Below are positions 51,850 through 64,000 of a stretch of 64,000 nt of DNA, piece by piece. Source of the DNA: Octopus vulgaris (Eukaryota); assembly GCA_951406725.2 (NCBI GenBank), contig OX597814.1, positions 25,172,001 through 25,236,000 on the forward strand, written 5' to 3'. The position numbers and the translations under genes were made by a program. The stretch's first letter is position 1; each line of letters starts with the position of its first letter. The notes beneath the pieces were generated by a model that was not told the DNA's origin, did no database searches, and saw only the letters and a program-made list of their open reading frames with translations.

Positions 51850-53400
51850 GAGAAAAGAATATAATGTAGAAATGAAGATCTGCAGGAAAGAATAGTGTCT
51901 CTCTGAGTGGCAAAATAAAGTAAGTGTTTTGGTAAAGTTTTGCATCAATGCATAGAGAATAGGACTAAACTAATCTGCTATTTCATAAATGATTCAAAGG
52001 AAGTGAGGCAGTGCCCATGTTCTTTACAGAGCCTTCTAAGTTTATGGGTATGAAGTGGCTTATGTTTCGTTCAGACTTCTGTAAGTTGATGTATTTAGGT
52101 AAAATGTAGGAAGAGAGAGAATTCCAAGGTTTGCATCATTGGGGACAAATGATATGAAAAGTGATACAGGGTAAAAATGAAACTAGGAAGATATTTTTTT
52201 TTGTGCTCGATAGGTCTAGGCAGATAGTTATGTTGTTTGAATGGAAAAGAGATATTGAAATAGAGGTGAAAGTTACAGAGATGCATTAATGCATTTGTAT
52301 GCCACTATTGTAATTGAGTAAATTTTAACTAATTATTTTAAAAGTCATCTTTTGGCTGCCATATAAAATTCTTTACATATGTAGCAGCAGCACTGCCTCA
52401 GATACCTTAGCAGCATTCTTGAGTTTTAATAGAAGATAAGCAACTGGTCATGGATGAAGTGATTTTTGGTTTGCAAGGAAAGACTTTATCATGAGGATGA
52501 AGTTTTGGTGATGTTATATATGTAAGCCACCATCAAAGATGAAAAGAAAATAATGTCTTTTGGAGCTTTAATGACTTGATGTTCACATGTAAGAAGATAG
52601 TGACAATATCTTTGTCATGGTGAATGATAATCGGTTGTCTTGATACAATTGAACGATGTTGTCATTGTTGTTTATCCCCACATCAAAGTTTATTGAGCAG
52701 ATTTAAGATCAAACGGAGTCTGATTACTCACACCATCCTATCTTTTTTTTTCTGACATGATGCATTGTCCAGTATCTCTCTTTTAAGATGATGGGGGTGT
52801 GATCTGAAAGAGATTTGGTCTCTAGTTCTTTCTAATAGACTGGAAAATTACACAGGGGCTTTCTTTTTGGCTCATTCTCTTCAGTAAATTATGTTGTTTG
52901 AGATTCCAGCTCATGGGGAAAGTGTAAGTTTGTTTAAGGGTATCTGAAGTGAGATTTTGAGTTGATGATTTCTGTTTACAGTGAGGTAAAAAGTTAATGT
53001 GGTTTCATTTGCATAGAAATGTGTGTTATTAGAGGTGACTGAAAAAAATACATTAGTGTACAGTGAGAAGAATGTGGTAAATATAACTGAAATTTTAGGT
53101 ACACCAGACGAGTATAGATTGGTTTGGAGATAATTTTATCAGGAAACTACAAGAAGTTTACAATCCCAGTGTCAAGCATAAGGTGGAGGCTATTAACAGA
53201 TTATTTTACCAGGCATATCAAAACTATTACAGGTGTCAAGTGCAGCAAAATTACTTCTTTCGAAGTCTCAAGTACCAGTGATCTCTTGTGTATGAAGTAG
53301 AAGAAAAAGTATTTTGTAGATTTGGATCTGTGGTTATATTACACAAAGTCTCTATTGAGCCAAAAAATTAAGGAAATAGGGTTGTAAATGGTAGAGTCAG
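51850..53400 (-). pseudogene. Very old PLE-like RT/endonuclease remnant
   Basis: Only weak scattered motif similarity (KPIY.R, TLTFYLTV, IETLCNI). Confidence 0.25.
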
Positions 53401-56099
53401 AGTTATTTTTCTTACCTTTCTTTGGAACAGCACTTACTGATTCATGCTTCTATATGAAAAAAAATATATTTAGTATGCTTAGTCAAATATGACCGAAAAT
53501 GACGTTTGTATAGTTGGTTTAACAAAAGACTGTGTCTTCTGAGATTCATGAAACTGCATAAGTTTAAGCATGTTAGCAAATGTAGTATAAAAGTAAAAGT
53601 TGTCTTACTGACTGTGCCTTTATAGGATAAGTGAGTTTTTGTTAGGTTTGGTATGATAGATACTTCATGAGAGTATATCTAGAATTGAATTTAAAAAGAA
53701 AAACATTTTCTCAATATGACAAGCAAATACTTATAATTTTGTAAAGATTCCTGCTAAAGTATGCATTTTAATTGTAAGGTAATAACTACTTCAAACTTGA
53801 AAAAAAATCCAATATGCTTTGTCAAAAGAAGGCTTAAGAAATCAAATTTTCCAAATTTCTGTTTTCCATAGAATTGTCATTCTTCAATGTTACAGACTAA
53901 TTATTAAGAATCATTACTACAATAAAAATGTTTCTGACAAGAATTGAGGTACTGAATATAATTATAAACAAATAAAACATGCTCATATGAAGAAAATGTT
54001 ATTTGAGAAAGTTGCAGTATATTTGTATCTGTGTAACTTGGAACTTCAATTCTTTTGTTAAAGAAGATAGTTGAAATATGTTCTTAGAAAGACATATTTT
54101 AAATATTTTGTTTTCGTTTCCACAATTTTATACCTAAAACACACGTTGATTGAAATAACTATACTGTTTTTGCCGAAAGATACTGATTTTGGCAAATTCA
54201 AATATAATTCTTTCTTTTTGCTTTATGGGAAGAAATTTTTAGATGTTAGTTATGTTTTTGTTTTCTATAAAATACAATTTGCTGATGCTATGATGCACAA
54301 ATACACAAAAGCATATATTAAAGAAACAGAGAAAAAAACAGAGAAAATAAAAAAACCAAATCAAATGAATATAATACATCAGATCAGCTCCTCATAATCA
54401 TTAGACCAAGAAAGAAGGAAATCATCTCATGCATAAAATTGTGTCATAAACATTATTCCTGATAGCTTCCATTCTTCATTGATACTCTTCATCATCTTCA
54501 TTTATGAAGCAGCAATCCTTGAAAATAATCCATCAGCCCATCCCAATGCACTGCTGCTTTCTTCAGCTTTCTCTTCACTCTCCCAATTAGGTCCTGTCAC
54601 CTCCTGCCTGCTCCGTTGAGTTGAATCTGATTAGCAATTGATTTTAAAAAATTTATTTTCATCCTGTTAAAATGAAAAGCAGGCTATTAAAATTCATGGT
54701 TTAATTGTTTCTTTTACTCTGCTTTCATCTAATCATTTTCTTTTTGGTGAAAAACTTAAAATTTAGCAGAATTGTCAGTAATATGAGGACTTATTTTAGT
54801 GCATGTTGCATATTTCTTTAATAACATTTTCTTCGTGTAGGCATGTTGCCTTTGTTTATAATTAAATTCAGTTTTTCATTTCTGGTTAGCAACACATCTT
54901 ATTGCAGTAGTAATTCCATATACAACAGAAATTTGGAAATCTTGGTGGCTTAGGCTTTCTTTTGAGAAAAAGATTGGTTTTCCTCTAATTTTGTAATAGT
55001 AATTATCTCATTATAATATCCAGCCTCTTTAATCAACTTAGGCAATTACTTTTAAAATTTAAATACATACTTAATCAAGAAGCTTCATAAAATAATAATT
55101 ATTTGTTAGTCATACTGAGAAAATATTAAGGTTTATAATTTCTTTCCAAATATATCTATTAAATTTCAGTGTGTGAGAATTAAGATTACTATAATAAATG
55201 ACCATAGGTCATAAGCTTCTGTCTTGCATTTTATATCAAACTGTAACAAGCTGGACTACAAACAGAAATTTCAATGTCTTTCTAAGACTTTTAATATAAA
55301 GAACTTTCCTAAATATAGAATAATTTGCTCTCAGTTACTTCTCTGTGAAGTTGTGTGGCCAAGTAGTTAAGGTGTCCACCTCACAATCATGATTTTAACT
55401 CCTGAACAGAACAGCACATTATGTCTTTGAGGAAGGCACTTCATTCCACATTCTCCAGTCTATTCAGCTTTAAAGGAATATTAGCTGGTTATTTATGTAG
55501 ACTTTATCCTTAAGAAGTTGGCCCATTAGTAGTCATTGTTAATTTCATTTTATAACAATCAAATTGATGTGGGCTTGAACCACTCAAACTTTTTGACTGT
55601 TAGACTTCTGTGCCAACAGTCGTGTTGTTTGGGTGTTTATATTAACAATGTGTTGTGATATGAATGCTGCTTACATGATTAACAAGTCTATCTTTGTGAA
55701 GACTTTTGTTATAAATACATGGTGAGCTTCAAAAGTATTATATTAGTATGTCAATTTAACAGTTGGGCTAATAAAGTTTACAACTGTCGATTTACAATCA
55801 AGCTTTTTGACTGCTTTGGTCTTTTATTTTTATTGGTAATTTAGTTTTATTCTTAGGTTTACATGTATGCTTGTGGTGAGTTATAAGGTTTTGGTGTTTT
55901 TGAAGTATATTACTAGTTATTGTTTATTGTTTGTTGTGATGCATTTTTGTTTTTGCTTTTTATTAAGTGCGTGATTATGGGTTTGGCTGTTCAATAACTG
56001 TTATTCAGTTAATTTATATAAATTGTACATACAACATGTGTACTTTCAGTGAGTGTTCTCTCTAATGTATACGTGATGTAGAAACTAAAATTCAAATGT

Positions 56100-57444
56100 T
56101 AATGAAGTCAAACGTTTTGGCGGTAAACTCTACATAAATTCATCTACTATAAAAGAGGCAATATAGAAGCCAAATGCATTTTATATCTCGATGATATTAT
56201 AGTAAAATTCTGGAAACGTTGATTATGGATCTACGAGCTTTTTATTGTTCCATACAGACTACGGAAAGTTTTATGGATATACAAAAATCTTTAATATTAC
56301 ACTATGATGTCTTTTCTGGTGCAAATGGAGGTTATGTGTATAGTACAAAAAAAATGAGGGGCTGGGAGTGAGGACAATGCTCCTCAAGTGTTTTGATGCA
56401 AACGACTTGACTTTCTGTAATAGGAATTTCAGAAAGCTGGCCAGCCACCTGCTCACCTATAAATCAATGGATAGCATACACTTTTATATATAACCACAAG
56501 GCCATTGTACCTTGTCCCTGTTTTTGTCTTCACACATTTGATCATTCCAACTTTCCCTTCTGATAAAATGGATTCGTTCCATGGTCAAGTGGTCCATCTA
56601 CTGTAATTACAACCTGCATGGATTGTTGGGGACACTTGGGTCTGAAGATACACAGATATTTACTGAGGCTGTGATAGACACAGAGCTTTCTGGATGATTA
56701 ACAGGTGAGACAAGCTTGTGGAGAAATGCTTGAGAAAGGCATTTCCCCATTGCTTGTCTCTTTGATGGAGATATAGACTCTAATTAATTTAAGATCAAAT
56801 TGGGCACCTGGTACCTGGAATATTGTCAGACACTCACACCCCTCTATGAATTTAACTGGGGAAATTCCTCCTTTAGCATTCTGTTGAGGACTAAGCACCA
56901 CAATATTCTTCAAAACAATCTAGGCATCAATGAGAATGAACTGGCTGGTCTGCTCCATGAATAGTTCTGCTCAGGAGCAATAGGAAACTTCCAAAAATCT
57001 ATACTCTGACAATGCAACCGAGGTGGAGCTGATGCTTGTTTGAGATAAATTCTACAGGCACGGAAGTATCACCAGCTGTAACTATTTGAAATGCAAACAG
57101 AGCAACGACCTTTCTGTTCACACTGTTCTGACACATGGTCTTATAGAGAACAGCTGTTGTCGCGCATTGAATGGGTTTGGTTCATCGTGCAGATTGGTCA
57201 ACTACCTTAGTTTACGTATGAAGCGTAATTTTGCATTCTGCCAACTATAGAGAAAGCGTTTGAGTTTCGGTTGTGACTGAAGGGCACGCGGACAGACACT
57301 TTTTTCAACCAAGCCCTTTTTGACATTTTCGAATTCATCCAGTTTTAGCATAAACCTCCATTTTACAACCTGTCTCTATAATGTTGCCTAATTCATCGCT
57401 TTTGTTGTAATATCAAAGTAAAAGATCGTCATGATTCGTCACCA
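56100..57444 (-). mobile_element. Putative 3' LTR of the decayed Gypsy element (left boundary uncertain)
   Basis: Minus-strand purine tract ggggaggagga (57445-57455) directly followed by TGgtgacg; lies downstream of the integrase remnants. Confidence 0.35.
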
Positions 57445-60131
57445 TCCTCCTCCCCATCATTATTACCAGCTGATTTTGCTGTTGCCAGTTGTTTTTACAC
57501 TTAACTTTTGGATTTTTTTTCTCTGAACCCTCAACATAAAGAGGCAGGAATATATTACTTCTGCTTGTTTTCCTCGCACAGGGAAAAATACATAAATTTG
57601 CGAAACAAAATTTTTCTTCTACTCATAAATTATCATAGCTACTCAATGCAGAAATGGCCAACAAAACACAAACTAAAGCAAGTACATTTTTATAGACTTC
57701 ATTTCATGTTTCATTGTGACAACTTGTTTTTGAGATCTGAATAAGAAGACAGGCAATATTGACAAGCAAGTTAATGGACAAACCAGCAAGTAGCTATCAA
57801 CAGGAATTGCGATGACGATGCTCTTTTTTAACTTATTTCGTTAACTGCGTAGACAGTGAAGGAACAAATGGTTTTTAGTTATTAAAATTTGAGAATAAGT
57901 TTTTCAAGATAGAAATATAATAATACTTTAGATTATTAAATTATTCACAATGTTTTATAAAGCAAAGGTAGCAACAAACTGACAATATGTGTAAAATATA
58001 TGTAAACAGTAATAAAGGCATCTACATTTCCCTTTGAAATAGGTTGGTGAAGGCAAGAATAAATGCTGGCAGCATTGCCTCGTATGATGGCTAGTGATAT
58101 TCTTTAAGGCCATTTCCTAATAGTCACAATAAGGCAAAGTGGATTTCATGAAACGTCCACAACATCCAATACTTATAATCGTTATTTATTTCCCTAATAA
58201 TTTGACAGGACTCCTAAGAACAACTCCATTGTAATCATGACCTGAAGCAAAAGAATCCACCACTGTGACATTATAAAAATAGCAGTGTCCCAAACTTCGA
58301 AATTACATCATTTGATCTTCTTACATAATTATGAATATCAACTGATTTTCTCCAAAACAGGTGAGGTAAATTCCCACTTTATTATCTATGTGACATTATG
58401 TGTCTTGGAAACCTATCAACGTTTAAGTGACAGAATCACCTACGTAATCCAAAGCCAACCATGGGTTTTCCTGCAATTAAATTTGCATGGTGTACAAATA
58501 TCAGCACCCACTCATAATAACAGTTTGATTCTTCACTCATTGGTAATCATAAATTATTAATGTCAGCAACTGACCGGTCATTGATCCTCATAGATGAGTG
58601 ATTGTCCTTACTTGGCCAATAGAGGACTCTATTGGTTATAATTCCATAACAAACTGTCATTATAGCCATTATATGAAGCAATGTAGCCAGAATTTTCTTT
58701 TATACTCACCAATCTTATCAAGATACCACCCCACTGTTATAGTCAGGCTGTATCTGAATATACTTCCTTACAAATATGTTCACTCTCTAAAAATCACCTT
58801 CAACTCCATGAAGGAATTAAAATTTCTTTTTAGTGAAGGCAAGGATTTCAGTTCATTAGAGATAAAGATGCATAGGAGGTTGTCAAAAAAGAAGGCAATG
58901 AAAAGGTTTTAAAGCAATATAAACTCAAACCAATATCATTAAATGCTAAAGAGATTATGGGCTGTAAATAATAAAGAGAAAACAAATTCAATTATCAGTA
59001 GAGTACACGTATTTCACAAAAAAATTTATGACAGGAAATAACATTATTTTAAATAAGTTAAACATTGTGAATAACAACAAAATATTTGCCTGTCAAAGGA
59101 ATTACTAGAAAAATTGTACTGAGCGATAAAAAAAAATAGTTCCAACATTTTTTCTTTAAAGAGGTTTCTAGTAAAGAACCTTGCAACATTAATTACTTGT
59201 GTGACAACGATAAGTACATCACTACACAAGTCCCTTATCAAATGTAGTCATGAAATTATTCCAACTCACAAACACCAAGCTCCTTTCAACTCACAAAGCG
59301 TTTAGTTAATTGTTCGTGTTTAGAGAATACAATTTCTTAGACCCAACCAACCTGTAACTGTTGGAATTTGTGTGAATATCTTCTCACTGAATCCCACCTC
59401 TCGAAAGAATTGTACACTGTACAACCATACAGCATTGAAAGGAACTATATGTGAACTATATATCCAGATGGCATTGAAAGGAACTATATGTGATCGTCAG
59501 TGAACACTTTGAAGAGGTGTTTTGTTTTTCCAATATCCCCCTTCATTTGTCCTTGTAACAATTTGTCCTGAAACTCTGGGCTCACCATGTAACATCATTG
59601 ACATGACCATACCATACTTTAACAATGGTACAGAATTGTAGTATTTTCTAATAGTAAAGTTTCAGATCCTGAAGCAACCTGTAACATCTCTAAATCAGGG
59701 ACTGGAGTTATTGTCTAATTATCACCACCGGGTGAGGTCTCAATCCTAACTATTCTTATGTAATTAACATTTATGAAGATAACAACTCTGAGGTGCTTCC
59801 TCCACAAGGCACAAAAGGATAAGAACAGTGTCTCTGAAGAGTGGAACAAGTTCCATCATGTCACCGCACTTGACTAATGGAAATTGACCTTACAACAACA
59901 GACACATCTCCTGCCTTTTCATATTCCCAATATCGTCTGAAGACTGATGAGCAGATACCTGATGTGAACACAGATGGAGAAACATTGAGTAACCATGGAT
60001 TGAATCTCTGACTCTTCACCTTGTATGGAGTGTTCTTTTCTTTCTTTTTGAGCACAAACGTGAATATACATGTTTGCGTATATATATATATATATATATT
60101 CATATACACACATACATACCTGCACACATAG

Positions 60132-60183
<52 letters not shown>

Positions 60184-60206
60184 GTATATATGTATATATA
60201 TATACA

Positions 60207-60508
60207 TACACATCGCTGGTCACAATGCCTTCGCATTGTTTTAGCCTTCGAATGACGCCACCCCACTGGCTAATCGAACAGGCCAACAGAAGAAAGAGTG
60301 GTGAAAGAGTACAGCAGGGATCACCACCCCCACTGGAGCATTGTGGAGCTTTTAGGTGTTTTCGCTCAATAAACACTCACAACACCCGGTCTTGGAATCG
60401 AAACTGCGATCCTACGACCGCGAGTCCGCTGCCCTAACCACTGGGCCATTGCGCTGCATTGTGACCAGCGATGTGTAACAACATCTGATGGTCTGGTCGG
60501 TCACGTGA
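60207..60508. mobile_element. SINE family D with 5' inversion
   Basis: Head and body on minus (60207-60454; same head as family C), tail on plus (60456-60508); 22-bp inverted duplication. Confidence 0.85.
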
Positions 60509-62067
60509 TATATATACACATACATATTACACACACACACATATATATATATACATACACACACACATATATATACATCTATACATATACATAAATACAA
60601 AATAATCCTAAATACACCAGCATGTCTCATTTTTTCTATCAAAAACTCTTTCTTGCATGCATACATACACATGCATTTATTCACAACATGTATATACATC
60701 AACATTTCCCAATCTTTTAACTCTGTCTTTTTTTTTGGGGGGGGGGAAACTGACCCACCCCCTCTCACCTGTTTTTCTCATCTGTTTTTCAGTACTTGAG
60801 AGGGTTGGTAAATTTATCTATTGTATTTCCTTTTTCTCTCACTATCTTTCTCTCTGTTACATACTCACTCTTTCCACACCCCCACCCCCACCTCACTAAC
60901 TCAGTTCCTTTGTATTTCTTTGTTACTCACATTCTCTATCCTCTTCATGAAAGCATGCTACAGGAAAATAAATTCAACGGATGCAACGACTGCAACAACA
61001 ACAACAACAACAACAGTGCCAGTAACAAAAACTATAACAATAATGACTGTAAACAATAACAAACAAGAATAGCACCAAGGACAAACATTCGAAAATAATT
61101 GTTTCTTCGTTGTTTATGCCCAGCTCTTCTCCATCAATATTTTCTTTGTTTCTTTTTTTCTCATTCTCATTTTGTAATTTTTTTTTTTGCTCAGATTTTG
61201 TCTCTTCTGGTTTGTTATTGATTAATATTTGCATGTTGACAAGTATGTTTTATTATGTTGACGTTGTCTTTTCTCCTTTTCTTTATTATTATATTTTTTT
61301 AATGGAAATTTATCATATTCCTAAGGGAGCATATATGTCCTGGATGAGAAATCATGGATCACTTCCAGATATATTTTATATCCTTTCCAACTCTCCGGTT
61401 CCTTTATTGTACATGTTCGAACAATTTATGAGCAGGATGTGGAGGCATGTTCTGTGAAACCTGCCAAGAATTCCAAAACCAGATGTAATTTACCATGTGA
61501 AAATAATACTAATAATCTGTTCTTTATTGGCCACAAGGACCCATACACACAATGCAAAGTATGGCATAAAACAGAAGCTACAAACTGTGGATATGTGTAT
61601 GTGCAATGGAGGTGGATCAAAAGATCAATAAAATATAACAAGTAAACACATTTGTACATAAACACAGCTGCATACCACACACAGATTGGTAGTAAGATTA
61701 CACTAAAGAAAAATAGGGGCATATTAATATTTCGACTAACTTCCACTCTGTCACTTTCCCCAGACTGAATGCTCCAAGCTAGTTCTTTAGTGCCATCAGC
61801 ATATTCAACCCACTAGGTCTCACATATCTTCTGTAGAATACACCTTTAGTTATCAATAGATGTTAACTTTGGTCTCACCAAGCACCTATTTTCCCACTCT
61901 TGATAATGTTCTTTTATCTATTTAATTTTAATGTGGTATTAGAGTTGGTAAACAGTTATTTAACATTTGGTGGGCTGCGTATCACATTCATGATGATCAC
62001 ACTGACATGAGATTAGTTCTCATACATTCTTATTAACCTGGAACATTGCACTGACACACATAAACAC

Positions 62068-62212
62068 ATGTGGTTGGCGTTAGGAAGGGCATCCAGCTGT
62101 AGAAACACTGCCAGATCTGACTGGCCTGGCGCAGCCTTTGGGCTTCCTAGACCCCAGTTGAACCGTCCAACCCATGCTAGCATGGAAAGCGGACGTTAAA
62201 CTATGATGATGA
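62068..62212 (+). mobile_element. Retroposon family E, young 5'-truncated copy
   Basis: gttggcgttaggaagggcatccagctgtagaaac...gcatggaaagcggacgttaaa..(GAT)n. Confidence 0.8.
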
Positions 62213-62589
62213 TATACATGTACAGAGTAGATGAAACAGGGACAACTGAAGGAGGGGAATATTTTTTATGTTGTATGTCTTGTTTCTCTGTTTTTTTTCG
62301 TTGTTTGAAAAAAGTTTGTTTCTATGTTTTTGTTTCTCATTGTGTTCAACGTTTTTTTTTATGTCCTGTACCCATATATGCATGTGTATATATATATATA
62401 TATATATGATTTTGATTTTTCCAGTTTCAGCTAATGAGCTGCGGCCATGCTGGGGCACCGCCATATATATATATATATATATATATGCATACATATATAT
62501 ATATACATACATATATATATATACATACATATATATGTAGGTATGTACATATATGTATGTATGTATATATGCATATATTTATATATTAT

Positions 62590-62770
62590 TTTCGCCATGA
62601 TAGATCGGTAGCCATTACACACATTTTTTTCTCTCCTTGTTTCCTTCTGTGGAAGAGCATAGGCTCGAAACGTTAAAGACTTTTTCAATTCCCGAGCATT
62701 ATACTAATACATCTGTTTGTTTTCTACAGCACCTGCCTTTGTCTTTTGTTTTTTCCGTGAATTCTCCCTA
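62590..62770 (+). mobile_element. Short PLE-derived element with variant hammerhead (62643-62678)
   Basis: tt-CTGTGGA-a-gagc(atag)gctc-GAAA-cgt-T-aaag; same family as 18780-18965; TA flanks. Confidence 0.7.
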
Positions 62771-64000
62771 TATATATGTATGTATGTATGTATGCAGTTG
62801 AGCTGAATAAAAAGAACACCATTCAAGAGATACCGACTGGAATAAGTACAAAATTTCATTGCATTATATGTTAAATATGAATTCAGTGGACATTCATAAT
62901 CATTGAAAGCAAATTAAATAGCAAAAATAGGAACACCTTATTCCAAAGGGACTGACATAGCTTAGAGGAGCACCTCAGGTCATTCCTTCAAGATATACAA
63001 AACATCAGGCTTTCATAACGCTTAATAGAGTTTCTAGACTGTTCAGCCAAGCTATTTGACAGAAAGATTCCAGCTCACTTGGTCACACATTAGTCTATCT
63101 GATTACCTGAGCCATGTTTGCATAGGAGTTAATGCCTTTTATGGCAATACAAGTTTTCATAACAGGCTTTGTCTTTTATGGCAGTATGGTAATACACGGT
63201 CCTGAGCTTGATGGTTCAAAATTCAGAAGGAGCCTTGTTACACAGCACAATATTTGTTTTAGCTTCTTTCACTTCTTTTCTTCATTCAAATAAGCTAAGA
63301 CTGTCTCTTTGGAATCCAGGTAGAACAGGGTAGGCTCTTTTCACTAGGGATTTCGAGCTTCCAGTACTAATTTTGTCAGGATTCAGTTTTGTCCCTTTTT
63401 TCTTATTTCATCGTCACTATTTTATTGCTTCCCATTATGCTTCAGTTTTCATTTTCCTCCCATTAGCGCAAGTATATGGAGACTCTGGCTGGTATTATGC
63501 TGGAATACGAATTCCTCAGCTTCTTGGTGCTTGACTTCGTCGGACTATGCTGCTTGTGCCATTGATGATAAAATGATTTCCTTTGCTTTAACCCGCTTTA
63601 ATTAATCTTGGAACTAATGTCAGTAGTTTTCTGGAAAAAGAGCTTGGAGCATCCTTAATCATAGTTATAAGTCCAGAATAGCTTTATGGTATTCAGGGGT
63701 GGAGGGTTTCAAGATCTGGATGTTCATACAACTTCTAACAGATCATATCTTACAAGACAAATACCCGCTCAGTATCTATTCATACTGATGTGTATGGAAC
63801 AGCATGGTGTAGTTAATACAAACTGAAGCTCAATACGATTACAATATCTTTACGAATTACTGAGGCCTGAACCAGTTGGTATGTGTGTAGAGTATCGGCC
63901 ACTTTTGCTTTCTCAATCTGTTCCTGATTTTTGAAACTAAGCACAGGCATTCATATATCCTATTCCAGAACAGAAGCGTACTTCAGGTGTTTTTCTGCTT

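Larger units (their letters stand above)
57900..64000 (-). mobile_element. Highly decayed Ty3/Gypsy LTR retrotransposon internal region (gag-PR-RT-RH-INT), interrupted by later insertions
   Basis: Collinear remnants on minus: protease-like ~61800-61900, PYKV..EIQSM ~60030, SAVT*W..F ~59860, YY*KI..F.TI.K ~59640, FKVFTD ~59500, V..FTR ~59180, RKFW ~58690, ALDYVG ~58450. Confidence 0.55.

Noticed and set aside
59432-59493. 23-bp direct repeat gcattgaaaggaactatatgtga
   Set aside because: Simple local duplication inside the decayed Gypsy element.

Overview
This is AT-rich, repeat-saturated eukaryotic genomic DNA. It is most likely intergenic or intronic sequence from a coleoid cephalopod (Octopus-like), inferred from the tRNA-derived SINE families and the long (TA)n/(CA)n/(CAT)n microsatellites. 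No intact host protein-coding gene is recognisable, and most listed ORFs are microsatellite artefacts. The window contains many SINEs of several families, three mariner/Tc1 relics, Helitron-type and piggyBac-type non-autonomous elements, RTE LINE fragments, a decayed Ginger/KRBA2-like integrase and a decayed Ty3/Gypsy element. The most striking signal is a dense set of Penelope-like element (PLE) derivatives carrying about ten minimal type I hammerhead ribozyme motifs. These have palindromic, nearly loop-less stem III and recurrent core variants (U3-A8; CUGUGGA), and two lie in near-perfect 300-bp inverted pseudo-LTRs. Also notable are a Naiad-like PLE in which a GC-rich structured segment replaces the expected endonuclease, a structured element made only of an RTE-type 5'UTR, and a twin-primed SINE. 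All calls were made by eye and boundaries of degenerate elements are approximate.
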